Source: Octopus vulgaris (taxonomy: Eukaryota). Taken from it: 64,000 bases of DNA. Positions within the stretch are counted from its first letter, which is position 1, and every line of letters begins with the position of its first letter. The notes under the pieces were generated by a model. It did not search any database and had not been told where the DNA came from. It saw only the letters and a program-made list of their open reading frames with translations. Made by a program: the position numbers and the translations under genes. Shown piece by piece: positions 41,950 through 56,299 of this stretch. Location of the stretch: assembly GCA_951406725.2 (NCBI GenBank), contig OX597826.1, positions 40,424,001 through 40,488,000 of the forward strand, given 5' to 3'.

Positions 41950-42364
41950 ACGCATATGGTTGGATATATAAACTGTGGGTGTTCGGGTATATATGCGCAC
42001 CTTCGAGATGGACTAAAGGAACGTGAATGCAGCATGAAATAAAGGGAGAAAGAAAATAAAAGGGAAAAGAAAGGGAGGAAATCAATGTAAAGGGGTTGCA
42101 GAAGGATTAGCAAGGATATTGGGCTGAGACTCTAGCATTTGTATCTTAAGAATGTCTTGCATAAATTATGTCTGCAGTTAAGAATACGGTCACTTCGTTC
42201 GTTTATGCAGTCATTGCAGTGCATGATAGATAAGATTTCTGCAATGCCGAGACTGCATTTGCTGTTATAACGGCTATACGGTTTACCATACGCATCAATT
42301 GACCATTTCATATTGTATAAAACTGAGTTATGTGTGAGAAAAATAGAAAGAATGGGAAAAATTA

Positions 42365-42730
42365 GTGTCTGTAACAATTCTAGATAATAAATATTTCTAT
42401 GTAGAAGCTATGGAAAATGAAATAAAAAGACGCATATCTACGCACTTATACACTTTTAGAAACAAATATAAATCAAACTCAACTGGATTAAGCAAATTCA
42501 TCTGGGAGCTAAAGTATAAAAACATGAATTTTGATATTAAATGGGACATAATAGCTTCAGCACCTTCTATAAAGCTAATAATAAACAATGTTTTCTTTGT
42601 TTAAATGAAAAATCATTTATCCTTACGGCAAAATTCCCTCTACTTAACCTCAGAAATGAGAGAAATTCTCTTGTCTACACGTGGGAAAATATGTATTTTC
42701 CAAATCTAAATAAATATATCGTAAATGTTT
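42365..42730 (+). mobile_element. Penelope-like (Neptune-type) GIY-YIG endonuclease fragment
   Basis: YFYVEAMENEIKRRISTHLYTFRN...STGLSKFIWELK...IKWDII...CFLCLNEK..IL....LLNLRNE. Confidence 0.88.
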
Positions 42731-43796
42731 AATTTCCTTTTTCACTACTATAGTTACACATTAACCATTAATCCCATGCTACTACTTTTATTTACTATAT
42801 TGATAATAAATTATTCTACTTAGTAATAGGACCCACAGGGATTTTCTATTATTTATTCCATACTTTGAAATTTCAAATATAGATTTGTATTAATATTTAT
42901 ATTCATTTTCATTTTATAATTTTGAAATGACACTTTTTAAATTTACTTTTTAATTTACTTGGATTAATACTTTAATACCTAGATTGATTCATTGTATCTC
43001 TCTTTATATCTCTTCTATATATATTTTTCCTATTTTTTCTAATACATTTTTACACTTTTACATTACCATATTCGTTACTTAATTCCTTAATAGTAGTAAT
43101 TATTATATTGCTAATCTATATTTACCCTTTATGTATCATTAATATAATTAAAACCTGATTGTAAATTTCTTTCCCCCTGCTTTTGACTTAATATTAATAT
43201 TGAGCCTTTTTTTCTCAACCCATTGTATATTTTTTATCTAATTTTTATTATCCAGCAATTTTATTTATTTATTTTATTTATACTTATTTATTTAGTTATT
43301 AAACTAATATGCATAGATATATTTATTTTCAAACCTTTACATTTTTAAAAAACATATTTTCATTTATATTGAACCCTTTTCTCCCATTATTGTATATTTC
43401 TAGCTAACACTAGTTATCTAGCCCTTTTATTTTATTTATTTTTATTTATTTATTAATTAAACTAATATACAGAGCCTTATTTACATTATTTAAATTATTT
43501 ACATTTGACGTAAATAATTTAAATAATGTACATAATTCCTCATCTCTTAATTTCTGTGACATAAGGGATTTTTCCTTACTCTTTTATTTATACAAATAAC
43601 ATATTAACTCTGCTCTTATTTTGCTTCTTCTTTTATTTATCTATTATATTTTAAATTGCACACATGAGCATTTTATCCCTTAAATTGTTATATAACTATG
43701 AAGCTTTTCCTTGCTTTTTCTTATAAATATAGAATATTACCTCTGTTTTCTATATTCTTTCTTTTTCATTCTTCTGTTTTTCTTTCTTCCTTTCTT

Positions 43797-44110
43797 TATT
43801 ACTTCCACCTTAGCGAAGGTGGAGGTATTGTTTTCAGTCGTGTTTGTTTGATGAAACTTTCAGCTGTGTTTGGCCTCGTGACTGGTGCAAACTGATTAGA
43901 TTTTGGGATCGATCCGACACCGAACAAGGATGGTGGACTATTTTTTCCTGTTTTTTTTTTTACTTAAATTTTGAGAGCGGTCGGGATCATTTTTAGTATT
44001 CTCGTTTGTGAGAGCAGTTGCGGTTATTTCAGATATTTTCATTTTAAAAATCGTTGAGTGGTCGTTGGTATTGCCTTGACGGCGGTTTCCGTTCTCTGAG
44101 TGTTCTTGTT
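43797..44110 (+). mobile_element. Helentron/HINE-like non-autonomous element
   Basis: 5' TATTACTTCCACCTTAGCGAAGGTGGAGGTATTGTTTTC hairpin and 3' GGCGGTTTCCGTTCTCTGAGTG subterminal motif. Confidence 0.65.
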
Positions 44111-44424
44111 TACATATTACATTGCATTAAATTGAACGCTACTTATTTCAAAAACGACCAATAGACTCTCCTTTACTTATTTGATTAACACAAAATAGAT
44201 TTTGGTTACTAGTTTCTTGACTATTGAAAACAAGTACGTACATTACATATATTTTTATTTATTTATTTATTCACTATCGTACTTGTATATATATTTTCAT
44301 TGAACCCTATTTGAACAGAAGTAAACTTTTGAGTTTGAATCTAAATAGTAACAAATTTTTGCACAAATACATATATACATATAGGTTCTTCTATATATAT
44401 GTATTAGGTTCTTGCATATTTATA

Positions 44425-44839
44425 CTCTCTCTTTTACTCTCTCTTTTACTTGTTTCAATCATTTGACTGCGGCCATGCTGGAGCACCGCCTTTAATCGAG
44501 CAACTCGAGCCCGGGGCTTATTCTTTTGTAAGCCCAGTACTTATTCTATCGGTCTCTTTTGCCGAACCGCTAAGTAACGGGGACATAAACACACCAGCAT
44601 CGGCTGTCAAGCAATGCTAGGGGGACAAACAGACACACAAACATACACACACACATATATATATATACATATATACGACGGGCTTCTTTCAGTTTCCGTC
44701 TACCAAATCCATTCACAAGGCTTTGGTCGGCCCGAGGCTATAGTAGAAGACACTTGCCCAAGATGCCACGCAGTGGGACTGAACCCGGAACCATGTGGTT
44801 GGTAAACAAGCTACTTACCACACAGCCACTCCTGCGCCT
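44425..44839 (-). mobile_element. Family A CORE-type SINE, full length
   Basis: Near-identical to 38672-39077. Confidence 0.92.
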
Positions 44840-44971
44840 ATATATATTTATATATATTTATATAATTATTTGCATGCAATTTCTTCACAGATACTTACAT
44901 GCATATAGTATGTAGGCATATGTGCAAGATTTGATTATTACTGTGCCCATTTATTTTCTATACTTTAGTAA

Positions 44972-45005
<34 letters not shown>

Positions 45006-47624
45006 ATACACACAAACACAGATATATATATATTCACTTTACATTTGTAAAGGAGAACCAATGTTTGCTTTAATTTCTTAAACTATTGAATAATAATCTC
45101 TTGTTGATTATACGATGTGCATTGATGCCTTTGCTGGTTTAAATTCACCTTACTCTAGTTGACGTGGTATCGAAAAAACCGTGAACCGACAGTATATCCA
45201 TTTCAACCAACTTAGACTGTAAGGTTCTGAAGTCGTGACAAGAGAAATAAATATTTATTTAACGTAGCTCACTATGATGGTGCAGTTAATAACTTTTGAT
45301 TATCAATTGTAACTGTTAATTGTCTATTCTACATTTTCCCAATTTATCAATAGTGGTTCGGTTAACTATCAGCTGAAGCAGTTTGAAAAGTATTAACAGA
45401 TTTGTTTATAAACAACTAAAATTCGTTGCCATGTAGCTTTTAATTCAAGTTCTACAAAGATACGAGAAAGATATTTCTCAAAGTCATTAAGGAATATTGT
45501 CTTCTGAATTATGTATACGAGGCGGAAAAAAATCAATCAAGTGGCTCTATTTATTACGGTTTGTAAGATAACTATTGATAGATCGGTTACCTCATTGATT
45601 TACTGTATCGGTCACTCAAGCTTATCTAGAACATAAAGTTACGCTGAACTATCAAAACGCTATTCTGAAGAGAAATATACGCTAGAAACGATATTAATTA
45701 TAACTATCTTCTATCATTTTATATGAAATAATGCCAAGGCTACTTTATCTCCTTTAGACAGAATTCGAAGAATTTTATTGCCTAAATAAGAGAACTATTT
45801 CTATCTTTTACCTCAAGTAATACAGTATAAAGATAAATCAGCATCATATATCCTTCCAGCGGCGATCAAACCTGCCCTCGTTTATCATATTTAACCATAA
45901 AAATATATCACACAATGCAAAGGAAGTGTTTGGCTTGTAAATATTGCAACTACAGGTTTCCATTATTTTAACTCTGATGCTATTTAAATTTTCCCATCTT
46001 GACACAAATCCATAATATTTCCAATCTTGAAATATCGATTAATACTAATATTGTCTCTCGTCTCATTTGTCATTTCACTAATCCGATCGGATTTTTATGG
46101 CAATGATATTGAATTCCTAATAAAATATATCATTATTTTCGTGTGAAGATATCAATTATAATACAATGAAAGCAAATGACTGACTTTCATTTATATTATT
46201 GTGTATTAACATCTGCACGCAACGTCCAAGAAGAGCATACAAAAAAATTGAGTTTTGACATGGTCATTTAACGTACAAGAAAAAGAAGCCACATGTCCTC
46301 TAATGTATGTACTGCCTGGATGATCATGGATGAGTTGCTTGATCAGGACTGACCTGCAACCACAACAAGAGGACTGAGTTTACCTGGATTTTCTAAAATG
46401 CATTTCCATTATATTCGTTCTTTTTAAACATCTTGACTTCAGATTCTAACTTGCGGTGAATCAGTTCTTCTAAACAATTCCCTAACAGAAGTTGCCGTCG
46501 TCTTCGCTAAATTTCATAGTGCCTATGTTCACAAAATAGAAGGAAGTTTGTATTGCTTATGTCTTTTCCAAAGTCATTAACAACTATTGTGGAATAGTAT
46601 AACTTTGGTTTGCTTCCAGATCCTGGATTCGAGTATTCTTTAAAATTATGGTGCTCAGGAATTCCAATTCGAAATTTCCTGTTTACTGCTGTTTTTCAGA
46701 TATTTTCTCAATCCTTATTCTTGATGAATTTCCTTGTCAATATACTTTAGGTAATATTCCTGAGCTATGCTTTGGATCGAATGCCATGTCATTTACTTTA
46801 ACTACAGCAACGGTCCAGTGTTCCAAGTAATTTTAATATCGATATGTTTCAGTTAAAATTTAATATTTAAACATCTAAAAATAGCAACAGATTAGTGGTT
46901 AGAAATTCAGAGCCAACTGGTAAAAAATTTTTTCCAAATTCAATCCTCAAGGCAGTAATATCACTCGAAGATGGAGGGGAGAATAGTAATCGAAATGTTA
47001 TATCATCAATACATGCAACACAAGAAAGTTTTCAAAATAAATAGTTTAAACTTAAATAATAAATAGAAATTTCGTTTGAAACAATCACCCTAAACACTTG
47101 GCATCTAAGCTGTTTAACAACGTTAAAAGGATGCTTTCTACGATAGGTGTTATAGATCCGAACAAAGAGAAATGTACAAAGGGTTTCCTTTTTTATATTT
47201 TAATGATGTTGCATCTTGAGGACGGGCTTTGAAATAGTTTGTGTCCCTTGAAAAATATTCAGTTCATGTGAGGGTTTTCTTGAATACTTGCTTTCGTGAT
47301 GTTTGATTAGTTTTATAAAGGGTTCTTGTAAGTATATGGTTATATTAAGGGAGTAAGTATATATATATATATATATATTTGTTGCAACAAACCTGTTTTT
47401 CTCTTGGTAGGTAGATTCTATCGACATCAGCAATTGGATTTGCCCTCTTGGTTCCTGCCCGTATTTTCCTTGTTTTAATATCCAGTTACTTATTTTACTC
47501 ATCTCATTGTTCCAGTTTTTTGCACTGATAATGTGTCACTAGACACAAAGCTAGCTTATTAATCGACCGACGAATTTAATGATGAAAATCACGTTATTCA
47601 AGAAATACTACACCAGAAGCACAA

Positions 47625-47900
47625 CAAAACAAATGGAGTTATAACGTCGCCATCACTAGTGATTAGTCCAAACACCATGATGTTGACTGGATGTTTGATT
47701 TTTATCATTCTCGGTACATGTTCTCAGATTACACTATCCGCAGATTGACACCAAAACAATCTGACTTATTCGTATTGGAGCTTCTGGTGTGAATGCCAAC
47801 TAGTACAACATGTCGTTTCCAAATTTCTAGCAGAGTGAATTGCAGTATGATGCTGATTTTCTCAGAGACGGTGCCCAACTGACGCTACTATACTGTATAA
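47625..47900 (-). mobile_element. Tc1/mariner-superfamily (maT-like) transposase fragment
   Basis: Minus strand HVPRMIKIKHPVNIMVFGLITSDGDVITPF. Confidence 0.65.
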
Positions 47901-48001
47901 TGGACAAAAATCAAAAACAAACAATGCGCGAAAAAGTATAAAATGGCGACAATTTACCCATTACAGCCTGTATATGTATATATGTATATATATATATAAA
48001 G

Positions 48002-48330
48002 TGCATAAGATTTTATCACGGAGAGAAGTCCACCATGTAGATTTCTTACATACTAAAAAGGGCAGTCAAGACCCAAACCACGAAAAGAAAGGCTCCTCTT
48101 CCTCTTTTAAAGCACGTTGCTTGTAGGTGAGTAGGATATCTAAATGACTAAAAATCTCAGTTTACCTTATATCCATGAGTTTCACCATCAATGATCAATC
48201 AACATAGTCGACTCCTCTCCGTGTATAAAATCTTATACATTATTATATAGAAATATTTATGTCTTCTGACTTTTAGTTACGCATGCACACCACTGGTAAA
48301 AAATTATCATTATTCTTTTAATAATCTTTA
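48002..48330. repeat. Inverted repeat (~39-bp arms at 48002-48040 and 48202-48240) in an element bounded by (TA)n
   Basis: TGCATAAGATTTTATCACGGAGAGAAGTCCACCATGT versus the reverse complement TGTATAAGATTTTATACACGGAGAGGAGTCGACTATGT. Confidence 0.8.
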
Positions 48331-48384
48331 CCCTATATATCTCTTTATATATATATATATATATATTCATATATGCATGTATAT

Positions 48385-49223
<839 letters not shown>

Positions 49224-49894
49224 TATATCTGAAATAATTCAGTTGAATTAGGTGCTTAAGTTGAAGCACGAAGTCTGTCCAGTATTGTCTGCACAGCTCG
49301 AAGTTAAGTGAATAAAATGCAAGTAAGTAACAAAGATGTTCAGTGCATTATGGTCGTTTCAAACGGCTCCATTTAATCGATCAATGCAAACATTACATCA
49401 AGTTGAATTAAACCGCTCTCCTCGAACGCTTACGACAATACAGATTCCAGCATACAGGATACTCCATTATAACATTTTCAGCAACTTTTTTTTGTCAGTA
49501 CTAGAGAAATACATCGCTTCTTTTTGCTATTATTGTAGGAGAATGAAAATTAGGAAAAAATACCTAAAGCCTACTATAATTTAGAGTGACAGAAGGAAAT
49601 AATGGGCGGTCAATAAAGAGGAATAGTGATACCAGTACATTCATTTCTATCCTTATCACGTTGAAGAGACCCAATACAGCAAGTAGTCTACATCCCCTTA
49701 GAATTAAAACCATTGGGAATTGACAGTTAAGGTCTTGTTGTTGGTGATTAATTAATTAATGTCAGATACTCTTTATCTTTCTTCCTTATCCCTATTTCTC
49801 TATGGCCATAAATCATCCATACCGACATATCAGAATATGTCTCAGAAGATGCTAGTTGGATAATGATGTAAAGACGAGGGGACAACAAGAAATA

Positions 49895-50300
49895 GCGTGG
49901 CTGTGTGGTAAGAAGCTTGCTTCCCAACCACATGGTTCCGGGTACAAGTCCCATTGCGTGACACATTGGGCAGGTGTCTTCTAGTATAGCCTCCGGCCGA
50001 CCAAAGCCTTGTGAGTGGATTTGGTAGACGTAAACTGAAAGCCCATCGTATACGTGTGTGTGTGTGTACGTGAGCGTGCGTGTCTGTGTATGGACCCCCC
50101 CCCCCAGCATCGCTTGATAACCGATGTTGGTGTGTTTATGTCCCCGTAACTTGGCGGTTCGGCAAAAGAGATCCAATAGCATAAGCACCAGTCTTACAAA
50201 GGATAAGTCCTGGAGTCGAGTTGTTCGATTAAAGGCGGAGCCCAAGCATGATCGCAGTCAAATGACAGAAACAAGTGAAAAAAAAATAAAAGAATAAAAG
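49895..50300 (+). mobile_element. Family A CORE-type SINE
   Basis: Homology to the other copies. Confidence 0.9.
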
Positions 50301-50994
50301 ATTATATATATAGAGAGAGGGGGGAGAGAGAGAAAGAGAGAGGTGAGGAGAGAGAGCGAGAGATAAAGAAAGAGAGAGAAACACTCTTATATATATGCGT
50401 GTGTGTCTAAGAATACATATTTGCAAAAATAATAAATATATTCGAGAAACAAACCAATACAACAAAGCCTGTGTATATGTATAAATACAATCAATACTTA
50501 AATATTAATTAATTACATTTTAGACTTCATTTACATTAATGATTCCTATTTGTATTTTTGTTTTTCTCCTTGATTTGGTTTCTAGAACTCGAGCTAGAAG
50601 GGCGAGATTTCTATGTTTACGTGTGCATATGTGTATGTGGCTATATGTCTTCATACTGAATATCTGAAGAGTAGGAAGAATACGGGAGTTCCAATTCATG
50701 TAGCTATGTGATTATAAACGCTTTTGGGGTATGTGTATGCAAGAATGTGTGACGGTGCATGAATATGGTATGTGTATGTTTGTGCGTTCGTATGTGTGTG
50801 CGTGTGTGTGTGTTTGTGTGTGAATGTTTATATATGTATATGGATAAACGTATCGATATGCTGTGCGTAACATGAGTTTGTATATGTACAGTTTTGTGTA
50901 TGTGACCGTGTGTCTTTGTATGCGCCTATTGGGATATGTGTGCGTGTGTCCATGTGTGTGTGTGTGTTTGTGTTCTTGCCTCTGTCTGTATGTG

Positions 50995-51131
50995 CTTCTA
51001 AGCTGAAAACCAGGAGGCGGAAGTTGCTTTACTATTGATCTTCAAGTAAAACAACCATTTCTACAATATATATAGAAATGGTTGTTTTAGTCAGAGATCG
51101 ATAGAATGTAGTTCATTAGTAGCTTAGAGCG
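50995..51131. other. Long imperfect hairpin with a perfect 17-bp inner stem
   Basis: TAAAACAACCATTTCTA-caatatata-TAGAAATGGTTGTTTTA. Outer pairings CTATTGATCT/AGATCGATAG and TCTAAGCT/AGCTTAGA. Confidence 0.8.
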
Positions 51132-51461
51132 AAACTGTTTATTTACAGGAGTTTCATATTATTGCAAGCGACTTAAAGTGCATCGGACGCGTACCTCTAA
51201 GTGTGTATGTATGTATTTTTGTACATATATATATATATGTACGTACACATGTGAATGTAGATATGTACATATGCATGTATGTATGTATGTATGTATGTAT
51301 GTATGTATGTATGTATGTATGTATGTATTTATGTATGTATTTTTGTATGTATATACGTATGAATGAACTATCTATCTACCTACTTATCTGTCTTTTGATC
51401 TATCCTTATATATGTCAATTCATCGACAAATATATACACACACGCATATATGATTATGACA

Positions 51462-51501
<40 letters not shown>

Positions 51502-51553
51502 CAGGGTTGAACTGCAGTTTTTTCTCTCCAAGAATTTGAACTGCAGTTTTTAC

Positions 51554-51591
<38 letters not shown>

Positions 51592-51639
51592 ACTTACATA
51601 TATACATATATATGTACGTACACAAACTCACATATACCT

Positions 51640-51726
<87 letters not shown>

Positions 51727-52434
51727 TACATACATATGTGTGCGTGTCTGTAAGTGTCTGTATGTGTGTATTTAATGTTTTAGATTTTTTCTTTTGATTA
51801 TTGACACCATTATATACTACATTATGTATATTGTTCTTTTCTCTCCCTCTGTATTTCCCTCTCACACACACTCTCTCTCTCTCTCTCTCTTTCTTTTGTA
51901 TCTCTCACTCTCTCTCCCTTCTCACTATACGCACATACATTATAGGTATGTGAGTAGTAATGTGTTTGTGGGGTAATTAAATTTATTTACATCACAAGCA
52001 ACTTATTTATTCGTCTCTTTGGTGAGTTCTTTGCAATCAATTGGTAATCAGTAGCGGCTGACGCCTACCTCTTTATTACGTAAGTAAACAGGAAGGCTGG
52101 ATCGCAGATACACTCCTATATTTAAACTATGGTGAACTACTGGAAAAATCTAGATTTTTCTGAGAATGTTCATTCTAAAATTTCCAAAGCGTAAGATTTT
52201 TGCGTAAGTAACATTTGTTCACAAAGATAAGCATAAATATAATTGACAGGAACATAAAAAGCTAAGTGGCAGGAAGCTGTTTATATGCATCTAATATGTA
52301 TGTTTGTGTTGCGCGTGTGTGTGTGTGTTTGTGCGCGTGTATGTGTGCGTGTGTGTGTGTGTGTGCGCGCGCGTGTATGTGTCTGTGCACGCGCGCGTGT
52401 GTTGTTTGTGTATGCATAAGTGTATGTATGTATC

Positions 52435-53300
52435 GGCGGCTAAACTGACACCCCACCAGGCTATCCTGTTGAGGAGGATTGTTAGAAACCCAGCAGGATT
52501 AAAAACAAGACCTGTTCAAAAGTCGGATGAACCTAGTGCAGGCTCAACGACTATCTAGCAACAGCACGGGTACGCAGAAATTCCGGGATGGTGTTCGGCG
52601 TCCTAGAAGACCACTGGGAGTGAGGCACCCCTCAGTTTCTATTGAAGCACATCTCTAGGAGAAGGTCACTCTGATATAAAACCGGATATGCAGGGAATGG
52701 CATTGGACATTTTGGGGATCTTTGGGTTGTGCTAGAGATTATGACGCTCCCACATCCCTGAGCCTACATCTTATAAAGGCACCAGACATCTTGCTCTGGC
52801 TTGTCTCTGGATAATGTTAATAAAGTGGAGAGGGTCTATGAAATGTCGTGCAAGCCTTATTGGACTTAAAACTCTACACAGACATTGCTGACCCTTGCTC
52901 GATATGTACTGCTTCTTTTTTGCTCCTAAATATACTTATTTTATTTTCAGTGTATATCTCTATTTTTAGTATATATTTATATATTTATTTATTTTTAGTA
53001 TATTTTTATTTTATTCGGAAGTCCTGCGGCGATGGGAAGGTGGTGAATCATGCAGACCTGACGGTTTGGAAGCATGTAATCAGCGACGCGCGCATAGGCA
53101 GCTCATGCTAGATATAAAGTCGTCTCCATGTCGCCCAAGTCAGTGGTAGGATTCGGTTGCTGTATGGGTGTCTAAACAGCTCCATTTAGAGGGTGCAGTG
53201 TTCACCCAGACGCCGGTGAGGTTCTAGAAAAGGTGGACCAAATATTGCCTGTCTTTCTGTATCTGGTCCGTTTAGCGCAACTAACGGATGTCCACCCTGT
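52435..53300 (+). mobile_element. Probable LINE (RTE-like) 5'-UTR-type repeat
   Basis: GC-richer, ORF-less segment resembling RTE 5' regions from memory only. A similar-character segment lies at 38130-38480. Confidence 0.3.
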
Positions 53301-53310
53301 GCTCAAAAAA

Positions 53311-54524
53311 TAATCGACTTAATCCGTTTGTCTGTCAATTTATACATATCAACATCTACACATACAATTCGTACTCATGTAAATGTACATATGTATTCCC
53401 ATATATACGTGCATCTGTATGTAGTATCACCCCTGAACACACAGGTATATATTCCTTGCATACATGCATACATTCACACATACACACAAACACACACATA
53501 CATACACACGCACATATGTATGCATACATATACACACTAATATAATTAGATGATTGTGATATTCGAGAATGAAAGAGGAATTAGATAGGTATTATGAGTT
53601 AAAATGTAGTTTTATAAAGTTATAGGGATTACCTAAGGGGTATTGTGGAAATATACTGTATGGTCATTTAGGTATATTAAGACGATATTACCGCCTCCAT
53701 TCCTGAAAACATTCCCCAAAATTGACCTAATTGTAACTGACGTCCTGGAACCATCTGCCCTTTACAAACTCATTGCAGAAGATATAATGTAATTTACAAA
53801 TGCACTGTCCTTAATCAATTACACAACTGTACAGCTGTATACATAGGATCAACCAAACATTTTAAGCAACTAAATGCCGCTCACCTCCATTCTTTTAGAT
53901 ACGATGAACGTAGTAAGTCTACAGCACTCGCCAACCACATACATCATCTCAAAAATACAAATATACCCTATACTCTATCATATTCCATACTGGATTCAGG
54001 ACTTCCCTACCGAGGTCAACGCTCAACCTGTAAGCTTTACCTGAAGGAGGCACTTCAAATATTAAAGCACAACTCTCCAGTACTGCTAAATAAACATAAT
54101 GAGGCACTAAGCACATGCAACCACCGCTTTGTCACACATTCAAATTCTAGCACAAATCCAAATGCCTAAATGGCCATTCAGTATATTTCCACAATACTCC
54201 TTAGGTACTCCCAATGACCTTATAAATCTACGTTTTAACTCCTAATCCCTATCTAATTCCTTTTCATACTCGAATATCATAACCATCTAATTATAATACT
54301 GTGTATATGCCTTCATACATATGTGCGTGTGTATGTATTTGTGTGTATGTGTGTATGTGTGAATGTATGTATGTATGCAAAGAATATATACTTGTGTGTG
54401 CAGGGGCGATAATCCATACAGATACACATATATATGAGTATACATATGTACATATACATGAGTACAAATTGTATGTGTAGATGTTGATATGTATAAATTG
54501 ACACACAAACGGATTAAGTCGATT
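53311..54524. mobile_element. Penelope-like GIY-YIG fragment (+, about 53740-54160) enclosed by ~360-bp inverted repeats
   Basis: NVIYKCTV....LYIGST..FK...SFR...STALANHIHHLK...CKLYLKEALQIL...LLNKHNE. The arms 53311-53674 and 54162-54524 are reverse complements. Confidence 0.9.
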
Positions 54525-54683
54525 ACATCGACCCCAGTGCGTAACTGGTACTTATTTAATCGATCCCGAAAGGATGAAAGGCAAAGTCGACCTCGGCAGA
54601 ATTTGAACTCAGAACGTAGCGGCAGACGAAATTCGGCTAAGCATTTCGCCCGGCGTGCTTACGTTTCTGCCAGCTCGTCGCTT
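54500..54683 (-). mobile_element. Family C Nin-domain-like SINE
   Basis: Minus strand GCGACGAGCTGGCAGAAACG...GAGTTCAAATTC...GTCGACTTTGCCTTTCATCC. Confidence 0.9.
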
Positions 54684-55789
54684 TGATTGTTTATGCAATC
54701 ATGAAATGACCTACACTGGTAAGAAGAGATGTATTGGCTGGACATGATAAACCAATTCACACAGTGTATGAACAGTTAGTTCGTAATTTGTGTGGCAGTA
54801 TTTCGCCTCTTCCGTCTTGATGTAATGGTTAAGACGGGCGTGTTCAAATCTATTAAAGTCAAGTATACTACATTATCCTTTGTTTTTCTCTTTTATTTAT
54901 TGAAGAATAAATTCTTTGAATGTATTCAATATCAAAATACCCTCGTTCCAATTCGTGAATATATATGATTAGTATTGTTTACATTAATGACAGAGAAAAA
55001 TATCTTTACTGATATATAGTTGGCGATTTATTGACAAATTATTTTCGGGCAAAGACGGAGAAATCACTCAAAGTATTAATTTAAAAGTGAAGGAATCTAA
55101 TTGTCACTGAATACACAAAAGTTTACCATATTGAAACTTACCGACAGAAGTGAACGAAAAATATTAAGATGTTATTTTACGAGTCAAATAAGGGTATTAA
55201 TTAAAATAAATATATAAAGAAAACCACGTGTAAAGCCGCCCACATTAAAATTAAGTTGTATGCAGTTTGAAATAATGGTAATTTATTTATTTACTAATTA
55301 TTAAAAGACTGTTGCTTTTAGGGAAAAATGAACTGTAAATCACTTGTTAATGGATACAAAACCGAATTACAGTAAAAGTGTATGCAAACTGAAATTAAGA
55401 AAGCATTTTGTTATAGAATGATGAGAGAATGTTGACCATCTCGACAAGAATAATAAACCAAGAATGCTTCAGGCTTGGAAAAAGATTTTAGCTATTTACG
55501 AGAACAGCTACAAACAGTGTTAATTAAATGTAATTTTAGTAGGGTAGTAAAAACATTATTATTTCTGCCGTAGGAAACCAACAAAAATATTTGTTTATTA
55601 TTATACGGAGAGATACTGAACAGCAGCTAGTATATTATTATAAGCTGTACAATAAAGAAATGTATTTTAAAAACTATTAATACTATTAATTTTTAGAAAA
55701 TTATTAGCAAAATCTAAAACTACAAAACGTGCAACAAAAAGAAGACGAGAATGGTAAGACAAAATTCTCGAAAACCGCTACATGCCAAA

Positions 55790-55860
55790 CTATCGCTCAT
55801 TGGTTGATTGGGTTGAAAATTAACCAATAAGACGCTATCACCACGCAAAAGGTCACAGCT
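55790..55860. promoter_or_regulatory. Cluster of three CCAAT/ATTGG boxes (possible NF-Y promoter)
   Basis: CTCATTGGTTGATTGGGTTGAAAATTAACCAATAAG in unique sequence. Confidence 0.3.
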
Positions 55861-56299
55861 CCCTTACACTTTTATTCGCAAGCTATGCATTTATTCTCAG
55901 ACACGCAGTAAGACTCGACTATAACATTCTGTTGTCGGTCACTGCGTGCCTCACAGATATCACTATTGCCGCCAACATATGACCACATACACCTTCGGTT
56001 ACAAGAGAATGCGTCTCGGCTTGAGTGTGTGTGTGAATGTGTGTGTTTATTTAGCAGTCTGTATCTGTTAGTCTCCATCATTCTCATTCTCTCTCCCCCG
56101 CTCTCTCTCTCTCTCTTTCTCTGCCATTTTCTGGATGTGTTAATTTGAGTCTCTATCATAGACACCCTGAGACACGATTTTTCTATTTCTCTTTTTCTAT
56201 CTATGTATATATCTATCAATCTCTCTATATTTCTACTTATCTGTCTGTCTGTCTATGTGTCTATCTATCTCATCTATATATTATGTATGTATGTATGTA

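Noticed and set aside
53311-54524. Genomic A-to-G editing signature between the inverted arms
   Set aside because: Mismatches seen by eye include many transversions and C/T changes, with no clear A-to-G bias.
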